Of a stretch of DNA of 64,000 nucleotides, positions 1 to 13,067 are shown in pieces. Made by a program: the position numbers and the translations under genes. Source of the DNA: Eledone cirrhosa (taxonomy: Eukaryota); contig OZ024741.1 of assembly GCA_964016885.1 (NCBI GenBank), positions 337,156,001 to 337,220,000 of the forward strand. Direction: 5' to 3'. Every line of letters starts with the position of its first letter. The stretch's first letter is position 1. A model generated the notes under the pieces. That model saw only the letters and a program-made list of their open reading frames with translations, was not told where the DNA came from and did no database searches.

Positions 1-252
1 CCATCCTGTTAGATGGTCATTTAGGTGCTATGATAAAAACTACCCAGTCCACCCCGTTTGATGGTCATTTTGGTGCCACAATAAAAAGCCCTCCGTCCAC
101 ATGGTAATCTTGTTGGCATTAGGAAGGGCATCCAGCTGTAGAAACCAAGCTAAAATACAGATCTGGTCTCCTGTCTTAACATGTCTCATAATGTGACAAC
201 CCATCTAACCCATGCTAGCATGGAAAAATAGACATTAAATGATGATGATGAT
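1..252 (+). mobile_element. SINE 3' portion with RTE-LINE-like tail ending in (GAT)n
   Basis: ttaggaagggcatccagctgtagaaacc...acccatgctagcatgg...ttaaatgatgatgat matches the 3' end of the RTE LINE copies at 17400-17559. Confidence 0.65.
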
Positions 253-1780
253 AAATAATGAATAAAGCACATCCTCTCATGGTTGAGGGAGGTGCTCAGA
301 AATAACTACCAATCTTCTAACCATTTGTTATGTCTTCAGCCTGATTTACTGTCAGGGTTGACTCTCTTTAGCCTTTGCCTCTACACAGGCCGGCACAGGA
401 AGTGAGGGTTTATGCTTGGAGTTGTCTTTCTCCTAACCTGGCTGCATTCCAAAGCTGCTGAGCCCAGAACACCTCCACAGTTATGCTGCATGGGGACACA
501 GGGACTTAACGTTTGGCATTCTATTAAAACATGTATCTCAATGTATTAGAATAACATTTCTTTAAAGCATTTCACACTACTTTCAAACAGAAAGTCGGTA
601 ATGTTATGTCTGGTTTAGGGATAATGTTTCTTTAAATCTTAACTAATGGTACATCCAGAATTGCAATCTGAAATATATCCGGGAACATAAAATCACTGAA
701 CAAAACAAAATAATATTTTAGCGTATATTTTCGATATATTTTATTCATCTATTTAATTGTGTGCTAGTTGTGGTTATAATTGTTTTTGTTGCAATTGAAT
801 GAATCCGTCCCAAAAACGTTTGGCCTTTTGCCAATATTAAAAATCATTATTGTTACTAATAACATTATTATTAAAAGTGTGGTAGATAGGGAGAATCAGT
901 AGTGGATTGTAGAAAATGTCTTTTGCAGTATTTAGTCACAGCTCTTTATGTTCCAAGTTCAAATCCTGCCAAGATCAACTTTTCTTTTCTTCCATCCAGG
1001 GCCAATAAAATAAAATACCCATCAAGTATTGGAAGTTGATAATATTGGCTACTGTGTATATTTGAATACAAACTGAGGAATATGTGACCAAAAAATTAAT
1101 GGTAAAAGGGTGGGGGGAGCGGGGGACTCAGCTTATATACGCCATCTAAATAATGTGTTGATTAGTTGCCTCGGCTTAAAATGGGGTTTGGGTTTTGCAT
1201 ATTTCTCCCCAGCTACTACTGGTACTCACTCACAGGCAAGTGTACTGGAGCAACATGAAAGAAAGTGGTTGCTCAAGAACACAACACACAACTTGGTCCA
1301 AGTATCGAACTGACAACATTATGGTCAGATCATATATCAAACATCCTAACCATTAAGGCCATGTGCCTTCACGCATAACTGACAGAAGTCCAATTAATAC
1401 TACTACTATTTATTTATTTCTTGCTAAAAGCATTTCATGGTTGAAATCCTCCATCCTCCCATCATCCACTAATGTTCAAGCTTCAGCTACCTCACTAATC
1501 CAACAAAATAAACACTCTATTTTGAAGATATCCACTGTAAATATATTTTTAAGTCTTAACTATTCATCACCAGATTTCACTCTCTCCCTCTTTCTCTTTC
1601 TGTCCCTCTCCCTCTTCCCCCTCCCTACCTCTCTTCCTCTCTTTATCTCACTATCTCTATCTCTCTCTCCATCTCTTTGTTTTTCTCTCTCTCGCACGTG
1701 AGTGCATGAGGGTTGTATACATGTATGTGTGATGGTTGTTTACATGCATGTGTGTGTATCTATGGGTGCATGAGCATATA

Positions 1781-1977
1781 CGAAAGTAGGCTGAAAGGTT
1801 CATAGGCTGACTATGAAGGAGTGATGCTAGAGCTGTGAAATCTTGCATGCATTAATTTCAACTCTTCTGATTAATAGCTGAATTGTTTCTTTCTAGGGAT
1901 ATGTTGAAAAATAAACCTCATTTAGTTATTCCATGAGAGTATGTTGGTTAGCCTATGAACTTTTCAGCCCACCCTTG
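1781..1977. mobile_element. Mariner-derived MITE (~200 bp)
   Basis: Imperfect ~30-bp TIRs: cgaaagtaggctgaaaggttcataggctga versus reverse complement of the right end caagggtgggctgaaaagttcataggctaa; TA on both flanks. Confidence 0.75.
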
Positions 1978-1979
1978 TA

Positions 1980-2345
1980 TAGGTGTGTGGGTGTGTGTAT
2001 GTGTATGTGTGCATAAGCATATATATGTATGTATGTGTGTGTATATGTATGTGTGCATGAGAATATATGCATATGTAGGTGTATACGTGTGTGTATGTGT
2101 GTGTGTGTGTGTATGTATGTGTGTATGAGCATATATATATATGCATGTGCGAATGTTTGTGTGTATGTGATGTATATGTGCATGAGCATATGTGTGCATG
2201 AGCATATATATATATATATGTATGTGTGCATGAACATATATATGTATGCGTATGTGTGTGAGTGTGTGTGTGTGAGAGCATATATATATTTATGTGTGTA
2301 TGTATGTAAATGTATGTGTATGTGTATGAGTTTGTATGTGCAAGA
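1980..2345. repeat. Compound (TG)/(TA) microsatellite
   Basis: Directly visible; source of the spurious HTYI ORFs. Confidence 0.9.
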
Positions 2346-3767
2346 TATATCACCATCACTTAATTATTTGATAAAAAATAATGATGTTATATAAATGTGT
2401 CCATTTATAAATGTTTGAAATATATAGTAAAACAAAGCTCAATAAAAGCTATAGATTTCATTTTGAAAATCTCCCTGAAGTGAATTAACACATTGTTCTC
2501 TAGTCTGTTAATGAGATTAAGTTAGTGTAGTACACTCTGAATGTAACTGACAGTTTGCTGCTTAATGTAAAGCAAATGAACTCAGTCTTCCACTTAACCG
2601 GAGGGTTTTTCGGGGACAGAATGTGTGTGTGTGTGTTTCGCCCGCCTTGGAAGAAGAAGAAGAAGAAGAAGGGGGAGGAGGAGGATGAGGAGGAGGAGGA
2701 AGAGGAAGAAGAGGAAAAAGAAGAAAACAGTTTAGAAGTGAATTCTATCTGTATCAATTAAGCTGATGGATGTGAGAAGGAATTCTAGCGTAACTAGCTG
2801 CATTCTAGTCCAGTCACATAAATGATAATGCTACCATAGTGCAGCACCAGTGTTGTATATAATTAAAGCATCTTCTTGTGAAAACCATTCTAATTAATAA
2901 CGCCATGATTCGGATTATATCACGTGACTTTGCAATGCCTATGACACCCTTGAACACCTGCTGTTCGGCGTTCTCATCATTGGAATTATAATCAGATAGA
3001 ATATATTGGAAATTGACTTGGGATTGGGAAGGAAAAATAGATTTTGATTTATACAACAGTTAGAAAGAAGATTGTAAATTTAAAAAAAAATAATAATAAT
3101 TGAGAGAAGAAAAAGGTTTTATGGAAAGTTTTGAATTTTAATTTGTATTATAAAAAACAAACAAATACTATGATGTTAAAAATAAAACTGCCGTTCGAGA
3201 AATTGACTGAAATTGGCTGAAATGTCACACTTAACATTTTTGTATTAATTGAAACCTGCCACTCAGAATTATAGTTTTTATTTTAAAGTTGATCTTGAGA
3301 TCTGACAAGTAAAGTGTAAGTTTTAGCTATACAGAAAATAGAATCGATCCTAATTAGTTACAGCAATTTCCTGATATATTTAAACGTATTTTTTACATTT
3401 TCCTTTCCTTGTTAAAAAAGAAAATAATTCTTATTCTTCTTAATGTTAAGTGTGTTTGCTCAATTACACATTTTACATGAATATTAACTTCTGATTTCGT
3501 ATTTTATTTCCAATCATACAGGTTGCACTAAATCTGGTTTATATGTATAGCATGATGCTACACACATATTTTTTTACTTTCTATAATTTTATTTATTCCT
3601 AAAATGTTATTGTTTCATCAGACATAATTATATATTTATTCCAGTAGAATTTATTCCAATTCATTTATTTTTTACTACAAATCACATCATAAATAAATGT
3701 AAACAATCATTAACATGTACAAACAGTAAAACAGTGAGTGAAACATTTATGGTTGTGGATCTGTAAT

Positions 3768-4040
3768 AAGCACGGCCTAATGGTTAGAACGCTTGACATA
3801 TGATCGTAATATTGTCAGCTCAATTCCTGCATTGTGTTCTTGAGCAAGACACTTTATTTCACGTTGCTGCAATACACTCAGCCGAGATGTGTGAGTACCA
3901 GCAGTAGCTGGGGAGTTAATCCTGAGATAAACTGGTGTCCTGTCCAGGGAGAGTTTTGTGCTTTCAGTTGCTTAATGCAAAGGAAACTGGGGATAAGCAC
4001 CAGCCTGATAAGCCTTCGGCTTAGAACAGACTTTAACTAA
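3768..4040 (+). mobile_element. tRNA-derived SINE with V-domain-like core
   Basis: A/B-box-like head (ggcctaatggttagaacg...gctcaattcc), cttgagcaagacactttatttcac core shared with the SINE at 9272, and cctgagataaactggtgtcctgtccaggg, which resembles the V-SINE motif (recalled, not searched). Confidence 0.6.
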
Positions 4041-4562
4041 CTTTAACAACAAAAGATAATACTGGGGTCTGTAACACAGGGTAATACTGGTGATAGGACA
4101 TCAAAGGCCCCTTGTGAACTGAAACTACAAAACAACAATAATAACTATAACAAACATCTGGATTTTATCAGGTTGTAGTTTTACCTGAAAACACTTGCTG
4201 TTTACGAGTTTTAATATCTTAATAAAAAGGAATAAAAAGGGTGATGGATTGGCAGAATTGTTAGAGCATCAAATCCCATTGAGATCAACTTTGTCTTTCA
4301 TCATTCCGGGGGTCAATAATATAATGTATCAGTCATGTTTTGGAGCTGATTTAATCAACTTTCCCTTCCCTTAAATATGCTGGTCATGTGCCTAAATTAA
4401 AAATTAATATCTAGATAAAGAATATTTGATGCATGCAAAGCCATTTTATTTTTTATCTTCCAATTCTTTTCTAACTTTTCTTTAAAATATTCAAGACATT
4501 AGGATGTGAAAAGAATGTTCCTTGTGCCGTTTAACACAGAAAATATTTACGCATATAAGTCC

Positions 4563-4945
4563 AGGCATGGTTGAGTGGTTATGGAGTTTAGTCCTACTGC
4601 ATGAGCTCTTGGGCAAGTGTCTACTACTATAACCTCAGATTGACCAATGTCTTGTCAGTGGGATTTGGTAGACACAAACTGCAGAAACTCATTGTGTATA
4701 CATACCTGTGTTTATGTTTTATAGCATGTCAATGTTTATGTCCTATGACTTAGCAGTTCAACAAAACTGAGATTGATAAATTAAATGATGAAGCAATCCC
4801 TTAATTGAGTTGATCATATGGAACCCAGTACTTATTTTTTAAAGTCTACTTGAAAAAATAAGTACTGGGTTCCATATGATCAACTCAATCAAGGGATTGC
4901 TTCATCATGGCTGCAGTCTAAGGACTGAAACCAGTAAATGAATAA
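4563..4945 (+). mobile_element. Degenerate SINE containing a 56-bp-stem inverted duplication (4785-4908)
   Basis: ttgggcaagtgtctactactataacctcag...ggtagac head similar to 11460-11530 and 21065-21130; catggctgcagtctaaggactgaaaccagtaaa tail. Confidence 0.55.
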
Positions 4946-5234
4946 AGGAATCAAAACGTAGATAGCTATCACTTAAAACATTCATCCGACAGTAACTTCT
5001 TTTTCGCCTTTAAGGATCTTCACCATATTTTATAGGCTATTTTTTAGCACCTCTGTGCATGAGCACACCATTCTTTATATTAACATTATCATAAAAATAA
5101 ATTTATTAATATTAATCTATTAATTTTCTTTTCTATCATTTCAGATGAAGCATGTAATTGTGAAAAATATACATGCTGCCAAATGTTTTACAAATTCTTA
5201 GTCAGCAACATAAATAAGGATATCTTCTGATGAC

Positions 5235-7613
5235 ATGCTGGTACAAGTGTCCATTGTGATGTTTCTCCTCGACACATCATTCTGTGCTGATATAACTTAC
5301 CACATTAAAGAGGGTCAAAGACCCAATACCATCGTGGGGGATGTTGCTGATGATATAAACGTGTTGGAAAATGTATTATTACAAAAATACAATCACATAA
5401 CATTTAGCCAACTGCAAAAGAGTGGCAATTTAAATTTGTTCAATGTCACTAAAACAGGAAAGCTCTATACTGCAGTGGTCTTGGATGCTGAGTCTCTATG
5501 TAAATATAATACAGAATGTTACAGTATGGTTGATGTAGCAGTTCGAAACAAAAAGTCTTTTATACGTATTATTGAAATCAAAATAATAATCAGTGATGTT
5601 AATGACAATTCTCCAGAATTTTTGCAAGACAATGTCAAGCTCCAATTTTCGGAAACAGACGGAAAAGGAACATCAAAATCTATTCCAAATGCCTTTGATC
5701 GCGATGTTGGCTTTGAAAATTCAAAGATTTCGTATGAACTTTTACGAGCCAAAGATGATCCATTCCTATTGGCAATAGCCCAGAAGGTAGATGGCTCTGC
5801 TGAACTGGAAATAACTTCAGCTCAAATATTGGACAGAGAAATCAAAGCTACATATAATCTTCAAATTATAGCCAAAGATGCTGGAACACCACCAAGACAA
5901 AATACCTTAAATGTTGAAATTTTTGTTGAAGATGAAAATGATAATCAGCCTGTCTTTGAACAAAATGTTTACAATATTTCAATGATGAGTTCACATGACC
6001 GGGATGTACCAATAGTTAGACTCGCAGCAAATGATCAGGATGTTGGTGAAAATGGCAGGGTAAGCTATTATTTTGCTTCTAAAACTTCGGAATCAATAAA
6101 ATCTAATTTCAATTTGAATAAAAGAACAGGAGAATTATTTCTAAACAAAGATGCTCCATTAAAAAGAAAACAAGTCTATAATTTGTATGTAAAAGCAGAA
6201 GATGGAGGTAGTCCCCCAAAGAGCTCCACAGCAGCTGTTATAATAAATATTATCAATCAGAAGAACAGTGCACCAGCTATTGATGTAAATTTTTTCTCTG
6301 AACCTAGGGGAGGTGAAATTAAAATCTCTGAAGATATATCAGTTGGTAATTTTATAGCTTATATAAAAGTCACAGATGAAAATAAGGGGGAAGATGGAAA
6401 GGTAGTTTGTACAATTGATCATCACTTATTCCAGTTGCATAGTCTAGGAAATATGAAGTACAAAATGGTTATTCAAAATCCCGTTGATCGAGAAAAAGAA
6501 AACAGAATCAACTTAACACTGAAGTGTCAAGATAAAGGTAGCCCTCCTATGATGACTATAAGAAGCTTTTCTGTTCAAGTGACTGATGTTAATGATGTTC
6601 AACCAGAGTTTTCTAAGGAGACATTTAAATTTCTAATCTATGAAAATGAAAATGCCAATTTTCCTGTTGGGTTTGTTATTGTTACTGACCCTGATCTTGG
6701 GCCAGGAGGTCAGCTGACATTTTCAATTCTAAAGAAGAGCAAAGAAGTTCTTCCATTTGAGATCTCAAATTTGGGATTCATTTCAGCCACTGAATCATTG
6801 GACCGTGAGCAACGCAGTGAATATAAATTTAAGGTTTTTGTAAATGACAATGGAAAACCCTCTCTTAACAACACAGCGGATGTAGTTGTTGAAGTCGTTG
6901 ATAAAAATGACAATGCTCCATATTTTACATTTCCTAGTGTAAACCCTTTCAGTCTTGATGTTCACTACCATTCACAAAGTAAGGCAGACATAATAGTACT
7001 AGAAGCTTCTGACAGAGACATCCATATGAATGCATTCCTTAGTTACGAAATTATTAGTGGGAACAAGAGAAATTTGTTTAAACTCAATCCATATTCTGGT
7101 GTATTGTCTTTCACTCGTCCCATTTATCAAAGTGATGCTGGCTTTTATAGCTTACAATTTATGGCTAAAGACAGTGGATCACCAATGCTGTCGACTGTGA
7201 CTAATTTATCTTTGACACTGACAACAAGCAACAAAACAACCATCGTTTTAACCCCAGCTCATGCCATGTCAGCTAAGAAAATTCACATCAATTTGATGAT
7301 CGTTCTGTTAGTGGCAGCTGTTATATTTTCTATCACTCTGGTAGTTTCACTGACAATATGCATCATAAGGAAAAATAACAGCAGAAATATTCATCATAAT
7401 GATGGCTTTTATAATGACAAGTATGTCGACTATGTCAGCAGAGAAATACACCCTCAGTATGATATGCCAGTTACTATGGGAACAAAGTATGGAAAAAAGA
7501 CCATTTCTCAAGCAACTTTACATAAACGTCAGCACCATTCTGGATATATTGATAAATGGAAACCTCCAACAGTTGGACTACAACTTCATGATGCTTCTGA
7601 TGAATTATATCAG
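5235..7613 (+). CDS. Protocadherin (cephalopod-type, 6 EC repeats + TM), large coding exon; CDS probably continues in a downstream exon not confidently located
   Basis: 796-aa ORF: signal peptide MLVQVSIVMFLLDTSFC, linkers DVNDNSPEF, DENDNQPVF, DVNDVQPEF, DKNDNAPYF, AxDxD/LDRE motifs, TM INLMIVLLVAAVIFSITLVVSLTICII. Polypyrimidine tract + AG at 5143-5144; consensus donor CAG|GTAAGA at 7613/7614 (phase 0), so the terminal VRF* is probably intron read-through. Confidence 0.95.
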
Positions 7614-7737
7614 GTAAGATTTTAATATGGATTCATTAATAATTATTAATTATCATGTGTATGTTTATTACTTTCTTTATTTCTTTATTTTTTTGTATTT
7701 ACTTATTTTTTAAAGTTAATTTAATAGAAAGAAAAAT

Positions 7738-7751
7738 ATCATCACCACCAC

Positions 7752-7787
<36 letters not shown>

Positions 7788-8162
7788 TGTCGTCATCATC
7801 ATCATCATCATCATCATCATTATCATCATCAACATCATTATTGTCGTCATCATCATCATCATCATCATCAGCATCATCATCATCATTATTGTCGTCGTCA
7901 TCATCATCATCATCATCATCATCATCCGACTGCTGTATCACATGGTCACAATCTTACTCTACCCATTGCAACTTTCATAATCAGTTGTGGTCACATGGTT
8001 GAGTGATTAGTACTGCATCATCATCACCATCATCACCATCATCCCCTTCATCATCATCATCAACATCATCTTCATCATCATCATCATCATCATCACCTTT
8101 ATCATCATCATTGACATCATCTTCATCATCATCACTATCATCATCATCATCATCATCATTAT
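7738..8162. repeat. Two (CAT)n trinucleotide microsatellite blocks
   Basis: Directly visible; source of the poly-S/D/M ORFs. Confidence 0.95.
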
Positions 8163-8749
8163 TCAACTATAATAGTAGATGACCACAATCCTGTTCCACC
8201 CCACCCCACCCCTACACACACATTGTAGCTTTCACAATCAGTTGTGTTCCAATGGGTGGGTGATTAAACCTGGCCATTGGTGGGATTTGTATAACTAGGT
8301 GAAATTTGAACCTGAGCAGAATTTATTAAAAAGAATTCAAGGACTGTTTTGTCATAAATCTCAACAAGCTTAAGGGTCATCCCACCTTGTAGTCCTGGTT
8401 GACATGAGGGAGAAGACATTACTCTGAAGGATGGTGATGTAGACACGCTGGAACAGCCACTCCACCTTGCGTGGTTTACACATTCATGTAGTCAACTCAG
8501 CCAGAACCAATGTGACAAGACATTTTGTCTGACACTCTACCAATTTAGTCAATCCACTTCCAAGAACTGGTAATTTATTTTATTGACCTTAAAAGGATGA
8601 AAGGCAAAGTTAGCCTCACCAGAATTTCAACTGCTGCCTTCAAATAAGTATATCATATGCATATATGTTTCTCTTTCTCTTAATTTTGAGTACATTTTTG
8701 ACCATCCACCTTCCTGGTGGCAAGGCTGTAAAAGAAAAGAAATTGTCAT

Positions 8750-9050
8750 CCCAATGAATCGCAAGAATGTTTTGCAAGTTTTGAAGGTGCCAGCTATCGC
8801 AGCCATTTGTAGTCTATGAATTATGGAGCAGTGCTCTTTGTCCACAAATAAAGTTCAGTTATACTTTGGTCCAAGTGGGTTGGTATATAACCTGTAGCTC
8901 CAATAATGATAGGTGTGAAGCTGAAGGTATATCTTGGATACTGGATCTGCAAACTCCTCATCAATGGTCCATAGATGTCCTCCTTCTCTTGTATTTTTCC
9001 TAAAATGTTGACAACAAGTGGGCAGCTGATCTCTACAACAGAGCACATTT
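8750..9050 (-). pseudogene. Remnant C-terminus of a restriction-like-endonuclease (RLE) non-LTR retrotransposon
   Basis: VVEISCP...KIQEKEDIYGPL...YPRYTFSFTPIIIGATG and, in another frame, LQMAAIAGTFKTCKTFL: the RLE C-terminal pattern, frameshifted. Confidence 0.6.
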
Positions 9051-9271
9051 TCAATGTATGTATATATGTATGTTCTTCTGGTTTTATGATTTTATAAATT
9101 TTTACCAATAGAGAGAGAGTCAATTTCTAACAGACACAGACTCTTTCATTGGCATTTAGACAACATCAACTAGGTAGATATGTCTGCATATCTGAATGCA
9201 TGCATGTGTGTGTAGGTATGGATGTTATCGTATGTGTATATGTGAATGTTTTGTGTTATATGTGTGCATAT

Positions 9272-9617
9272 GAGGCACATGGCTTAGTGGTTAGAGCATT
9301 GGCCTTGCAACCGAAAGGTTGTGAGTTCAATTCTCAGACCGGGTGATGTGTTGTTTCCGTGAGCAAGACACTTTATTTCACATTGCTCCAGTTTACTCAG
9401 CTGTAGAAATGAGATGATAGGAACTGGAGTCCCTATCATTCCACTACAAAGTGGTTGTGGAGGTGCCACGGCAAAAAAGCACCCAGCACTCACTGTAAAT
9501 GAGATTGGTGTTAGGAAGGGCATCCAGCTGTAGAAATCAAGCCAGAATCAGTTCCCATCCCACCCTTGCAAGCAGGGAAAAGCGGACGTAAAATGATGAT
9601 GATGATGATGATGATGC
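9272..9617 (+). mobile_element. tRNA-derived SINE with RTE-type 3' tail and (GAT)n
   Basis: ggcttagtggttagagcattgg...gagttcaattc (A/B boxes), core, then ggtgttaggaagggcatccagctgtagaaa and (GAT)n. Confidence 0.8.
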
Positions 9618-9734
9618 ATATTTTTTGTATCTCTACATGTGTACATGCAGTTATTACATGCAGATGTTTGTATGCATGTATGTAAGTATGTATGTATGTA
9701 TGTATATATGTGTGTGTGTGTATGTGTGTATGTA

Positions 9735-9858
9735 TGTAAAAAGTAAACAGAAATAATAAAGCAAATGACACAGTACATTGAAGAAATATATTAGTTTAAT
9801 GCTTGAAATAACAGGAAAAGAGTTTTAACATTTCGGACACTAGTCTTTCACCAAGAGT
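9735..9858 (-). mobile_element. Copy of the short hammerhead-bearing repeat seen at 14440-14580 (degenerate core)
   Basis: Reverse complement reads tggtgaaagactagtgtccgaaatgttaaaactcttttcctgttatttcaagcattaaactaatatatttc, which aligns to 14463-14535. Confidence 0.7.
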
Positions 9859-9899
9859 GAGAAGAAGAAGGAATAGAAAACAATTAGAAAAACACACAC

Positions 9900-9930
<31 letters not shown>

Positions 9931-10269
9931 GACTTGTAGCACCTGAGGGAGTCATAGGCATGTCATATTGACATATTGTTCATGCATTTCTCAAGATCAT
10001 TAGTGATGTAAAAGGGAAGTTGATTCTACAACAGAAACCAGATCCCAGATATCACAGTTTACCAAAATAGCCACCCAGATTTATGATCCAACTCAAGAAC
10101 TATTTAACTCTTGACATCCTGTACCACATGAAACTGCATTGGCAAGACATTCTGGAAAAAGTACAAAACAACATTATGATTGCATCACATTGAAAACTTA
10201 ATTTTTTTATTCTGTAAATTTTCAAAACAATCTGTCCTCTAGTAAAGATACTATAACCATTTAAATTAA

Positions 10270-10550
10270 CCTTTCCATTACTGTTTTTATAATGAAATAT
10301 ACTTTCTTTTAATTAATTAATGCAGAATTTTGAAGGATTTACTCAAATAATTAATTCTTTTATTCCTAATATAATATCTTGAAATATCGTTTTTGTATAA
10401 TACCATGTTGGAAGATCATCATAATCATCGTTTAACGTCTATCTTCCACGCTAGCAAATTTAGATATAAATTTATATAAGAATTGTTTAAAATGGATGGT
10501 TTTCTTTCATAGAACCAGGGCTGGTCATGGCTGGGTTGGTATCAAAAGGG
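10270..10550. mobile_element. piggyBac-like MITE
   Basis: TTAA|ccttt...aaaggg|TTAA ends; internal similarity to 49469-50053. Confidence 0.5.
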
Positions 10551-10969
10551 TTAATAAACCTTGTTTTTATATATTTTTTGCTAAATCAATACAAGATGTT
10601 AAGAGTTAAGCTCCAAAAATTTATTTCAGAAATTATATTTTTGAAGTTGTTAATAATTAATTTTTTTTAAATTAATTCTATTCAAAGCATTATAATAAAA
10701 ATTCTTTGATCTTTCATTAGTTTCAATATTAAGTGAATACATTAAATATAGATAATTGAAATTAAAAATTAAAAATTGAAAGAAAAACTAAAGATAGTTA
10801 AGTTTGAAAATTTTATTATTCTGTCAAAATGCCACTATAATTATTTAACTAAACAAAGACATACAATTTCAGGCGTTGGTCAGTTTTATCGTCAACTAAT
10901 GGAACCAGAAATGTATATTTTCTTTTGATTATTTTTAAAATTAAATTGTGTGGATGCATATGTAGACCT

Positions 10970-11340
10970 TTTGTGTGTGTGAGAGAGAGAGAGGGGGAGG
11001 GAGAATGCATATGTGTGTGTGAGAGAGGGAAGGAGAGAAGGAGAATGCATGTGTGTGAGAGAGAGAGAGGGTGAAAAGAAGAATGTATATGTATGTGTGT
11101 GAAAGAGAGGGAATCAAGGAGAATGCATATGTATATGTGTGTGTGTGTGTGTCAGAGAGGAGAGGGAGAAGGAAAATGCATATGTGTGTGTGTGAGAGAG
11201 AGAGGGATGGAGAAAGGGAGAATGCATGTGTGTGTGTGTGAGAGAGAGAGAAACAAAAGAAGAATGTATGTGTGTATGTGAGAGAGAGAGAAAAGGAAAA
11301 TGTATGTGTGTATGTGAGAGAGTGTGTGTGTGTGTGTGAA
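10970..11340. repeat. Compound (GA)/(GT) minisatellite with recurring gaatgcatatgtgtg spacer
   Basis: Directly visible. Confidence 0.85.
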
Positions 11341-11579
11341 AAAGGAGGACATGGTGGAAGTGATGTTTCTTCATAGAGGGTAGACACAGTATCATCACAA
11401 CGATTAAGAAGTCCACTTTGCAATTATTAGGTCCCAGGTTCAATCCCACAGTGTGACATCTTCGTCCAGTGTCATTTACCAAAGCCTCAGGTCAATATAT
11501 GTCTTGTAACTGAAATTGAGTAGATGGAGATTGTTTGTAAGTCTTGTTGGATGGACTCTAACTATAATTGAAAGAGCTA

Positions 11580-11910
11580 GTTTGGTTACACACTTTGTCA
11601 CACTGAATCTCCCTGAGAATTAAGTTAGGGGTACACATGTCTGTGGAATACTGAGTCAATTACTCTACAATACAAATAGAGTGTATCTGTAATTCAAAGA
11701 GACAGCTTTGTCACACATTGTGTTATGCTGAATCTCCCTGAGAATTATTGGATTAAGAGTACACATGTCTGTGGAACTGAGCCAATTACTCTACAATACA
11801 AATAGACTGTATCTGTAATTCAAAGGGACAGCTTTATCAAAAATTGTGCTATGCTGAATCTCCCTGAGAATTATTGTATTAAGGGTACATGTCTGTGGAA
11901 TACTCAATCA
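11580..11910 (+). repeat. ~125-bp tandem repeat (about 2.6 units) inside a SINE-like sequence
   Basis: ctgaatctccctgagaatta recurs at 11603, 11728 and 11854. Confidence 0.85.
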
Positions 11911-13067
11911 CATATACCTTAGTTTCTTGAGTAGGCTGTTCTGTTGATCATATGACTGGAACACTTAATCTTCAAAACCAATGAATGTTCATTCCAATTT
12001 GTGTGTGTTGATGTTTTTCTGTATTTATGTGTGTGCTTGTATGTGTATGTGTGTGTATGTTTGTGTATTTAAAGGTTTCCAATTTGAATTAAAATCTTCC
12101 AACATAATTTTATATAAGAACCTTACATTAAGTTGCTATCTTAAGAATGAAATAATTATCAATTTTAGTAAATCCTTCAAAATACTTCATTAATTAATTA
12201 AAACAGAGTGTATTTTATTAGAAATGCAGTCATGAAAGGATTAAGAGTGTGTATATCTATGGAATACTCAACCACTTAATTGATAATTTAATAAGTAAGC
12301 TATTGTTCTGTCAACCGAACAACTGGATCATTTATAGTCAAAATCAACTGAGGTCCATTTATCTATAATCTACTAATAAAGTATACACTGCTACAACATA
12401 AAGTTAGCCAAGAGACAGCAGCATATAAACAATTTAGTATATATTGATTGTTTGTCATGTTAGTGTTACATTTTAGATTTGTTTATGAACTGGTTAAACA
12501 TCTGTTCTAGATTTATTTACACATTACTGCTCTATTTATATAACCATGACACTGTTGTTCAATTTTACTGGTTTCAGCCATTAGACTTCAGTCATGCTAC
12601 TGCACCACTTTCAATGGTTTTAGTCAACTAGATCAAGCCCACTACTTATTTCAGTTTGGTACTTATATTTCATAGATCTATCTATATTTACCAAACAGCT
12701 AAATTATGAAACATAATCAATAACAATGGTTTTGTTTGGCAAACATAAACACAGCCATAACATAAAAAACACACATGATGAGAATGATGGTGTGAATAAT
12801 GTTTATATATAGTGTGTATATATATATATTTATTTTTATATATTGTTATACTTGGGGAGGGTCATATTTGTGTAATAATATTGCCAGAATTAATAACAGA
12901 ACACACTCACTGTTTGGTTGGTTTTCGCTTCTGTATCTTTTATATCAGTTAATTTAATTTATTTGGTCCTCAATGTTACCATTGACTGACCAACGGTCAA
13001 AAATACAGATATAATATAGACACAAACACTTATATATAGTCTAACAAAGTCCTTTCGTTGCACATCT

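Noticed and set aside
400-480. Resemblance to the RTE/BovB 5' UTR motif (ttctcctaacctggctgcattccaaagctgctgagccc)
   Set aside because: Short and degenerate, recognised from memory only, with no adjacent ORF.
2500-3090. Possible promoter or 5' UTR exon of the protocadherin
   Set aside because: Unique sequence with a few CpGs and a purine tract, but no convincing donor or core promoter; needs RNA data.
5145-5201. ATG at the first base of the exon, in frame with the protocadherin
   Set aside because: It stops at 5199-5201 (18 codons), so it is not an N-terminal extension; a uORF role cannot be supported from sequence alone.
9272-9345. tRNA gene
   Set aside because: A/B boxes are present but there is no clean cloverleaf, and it continues into a SINE core and tail.
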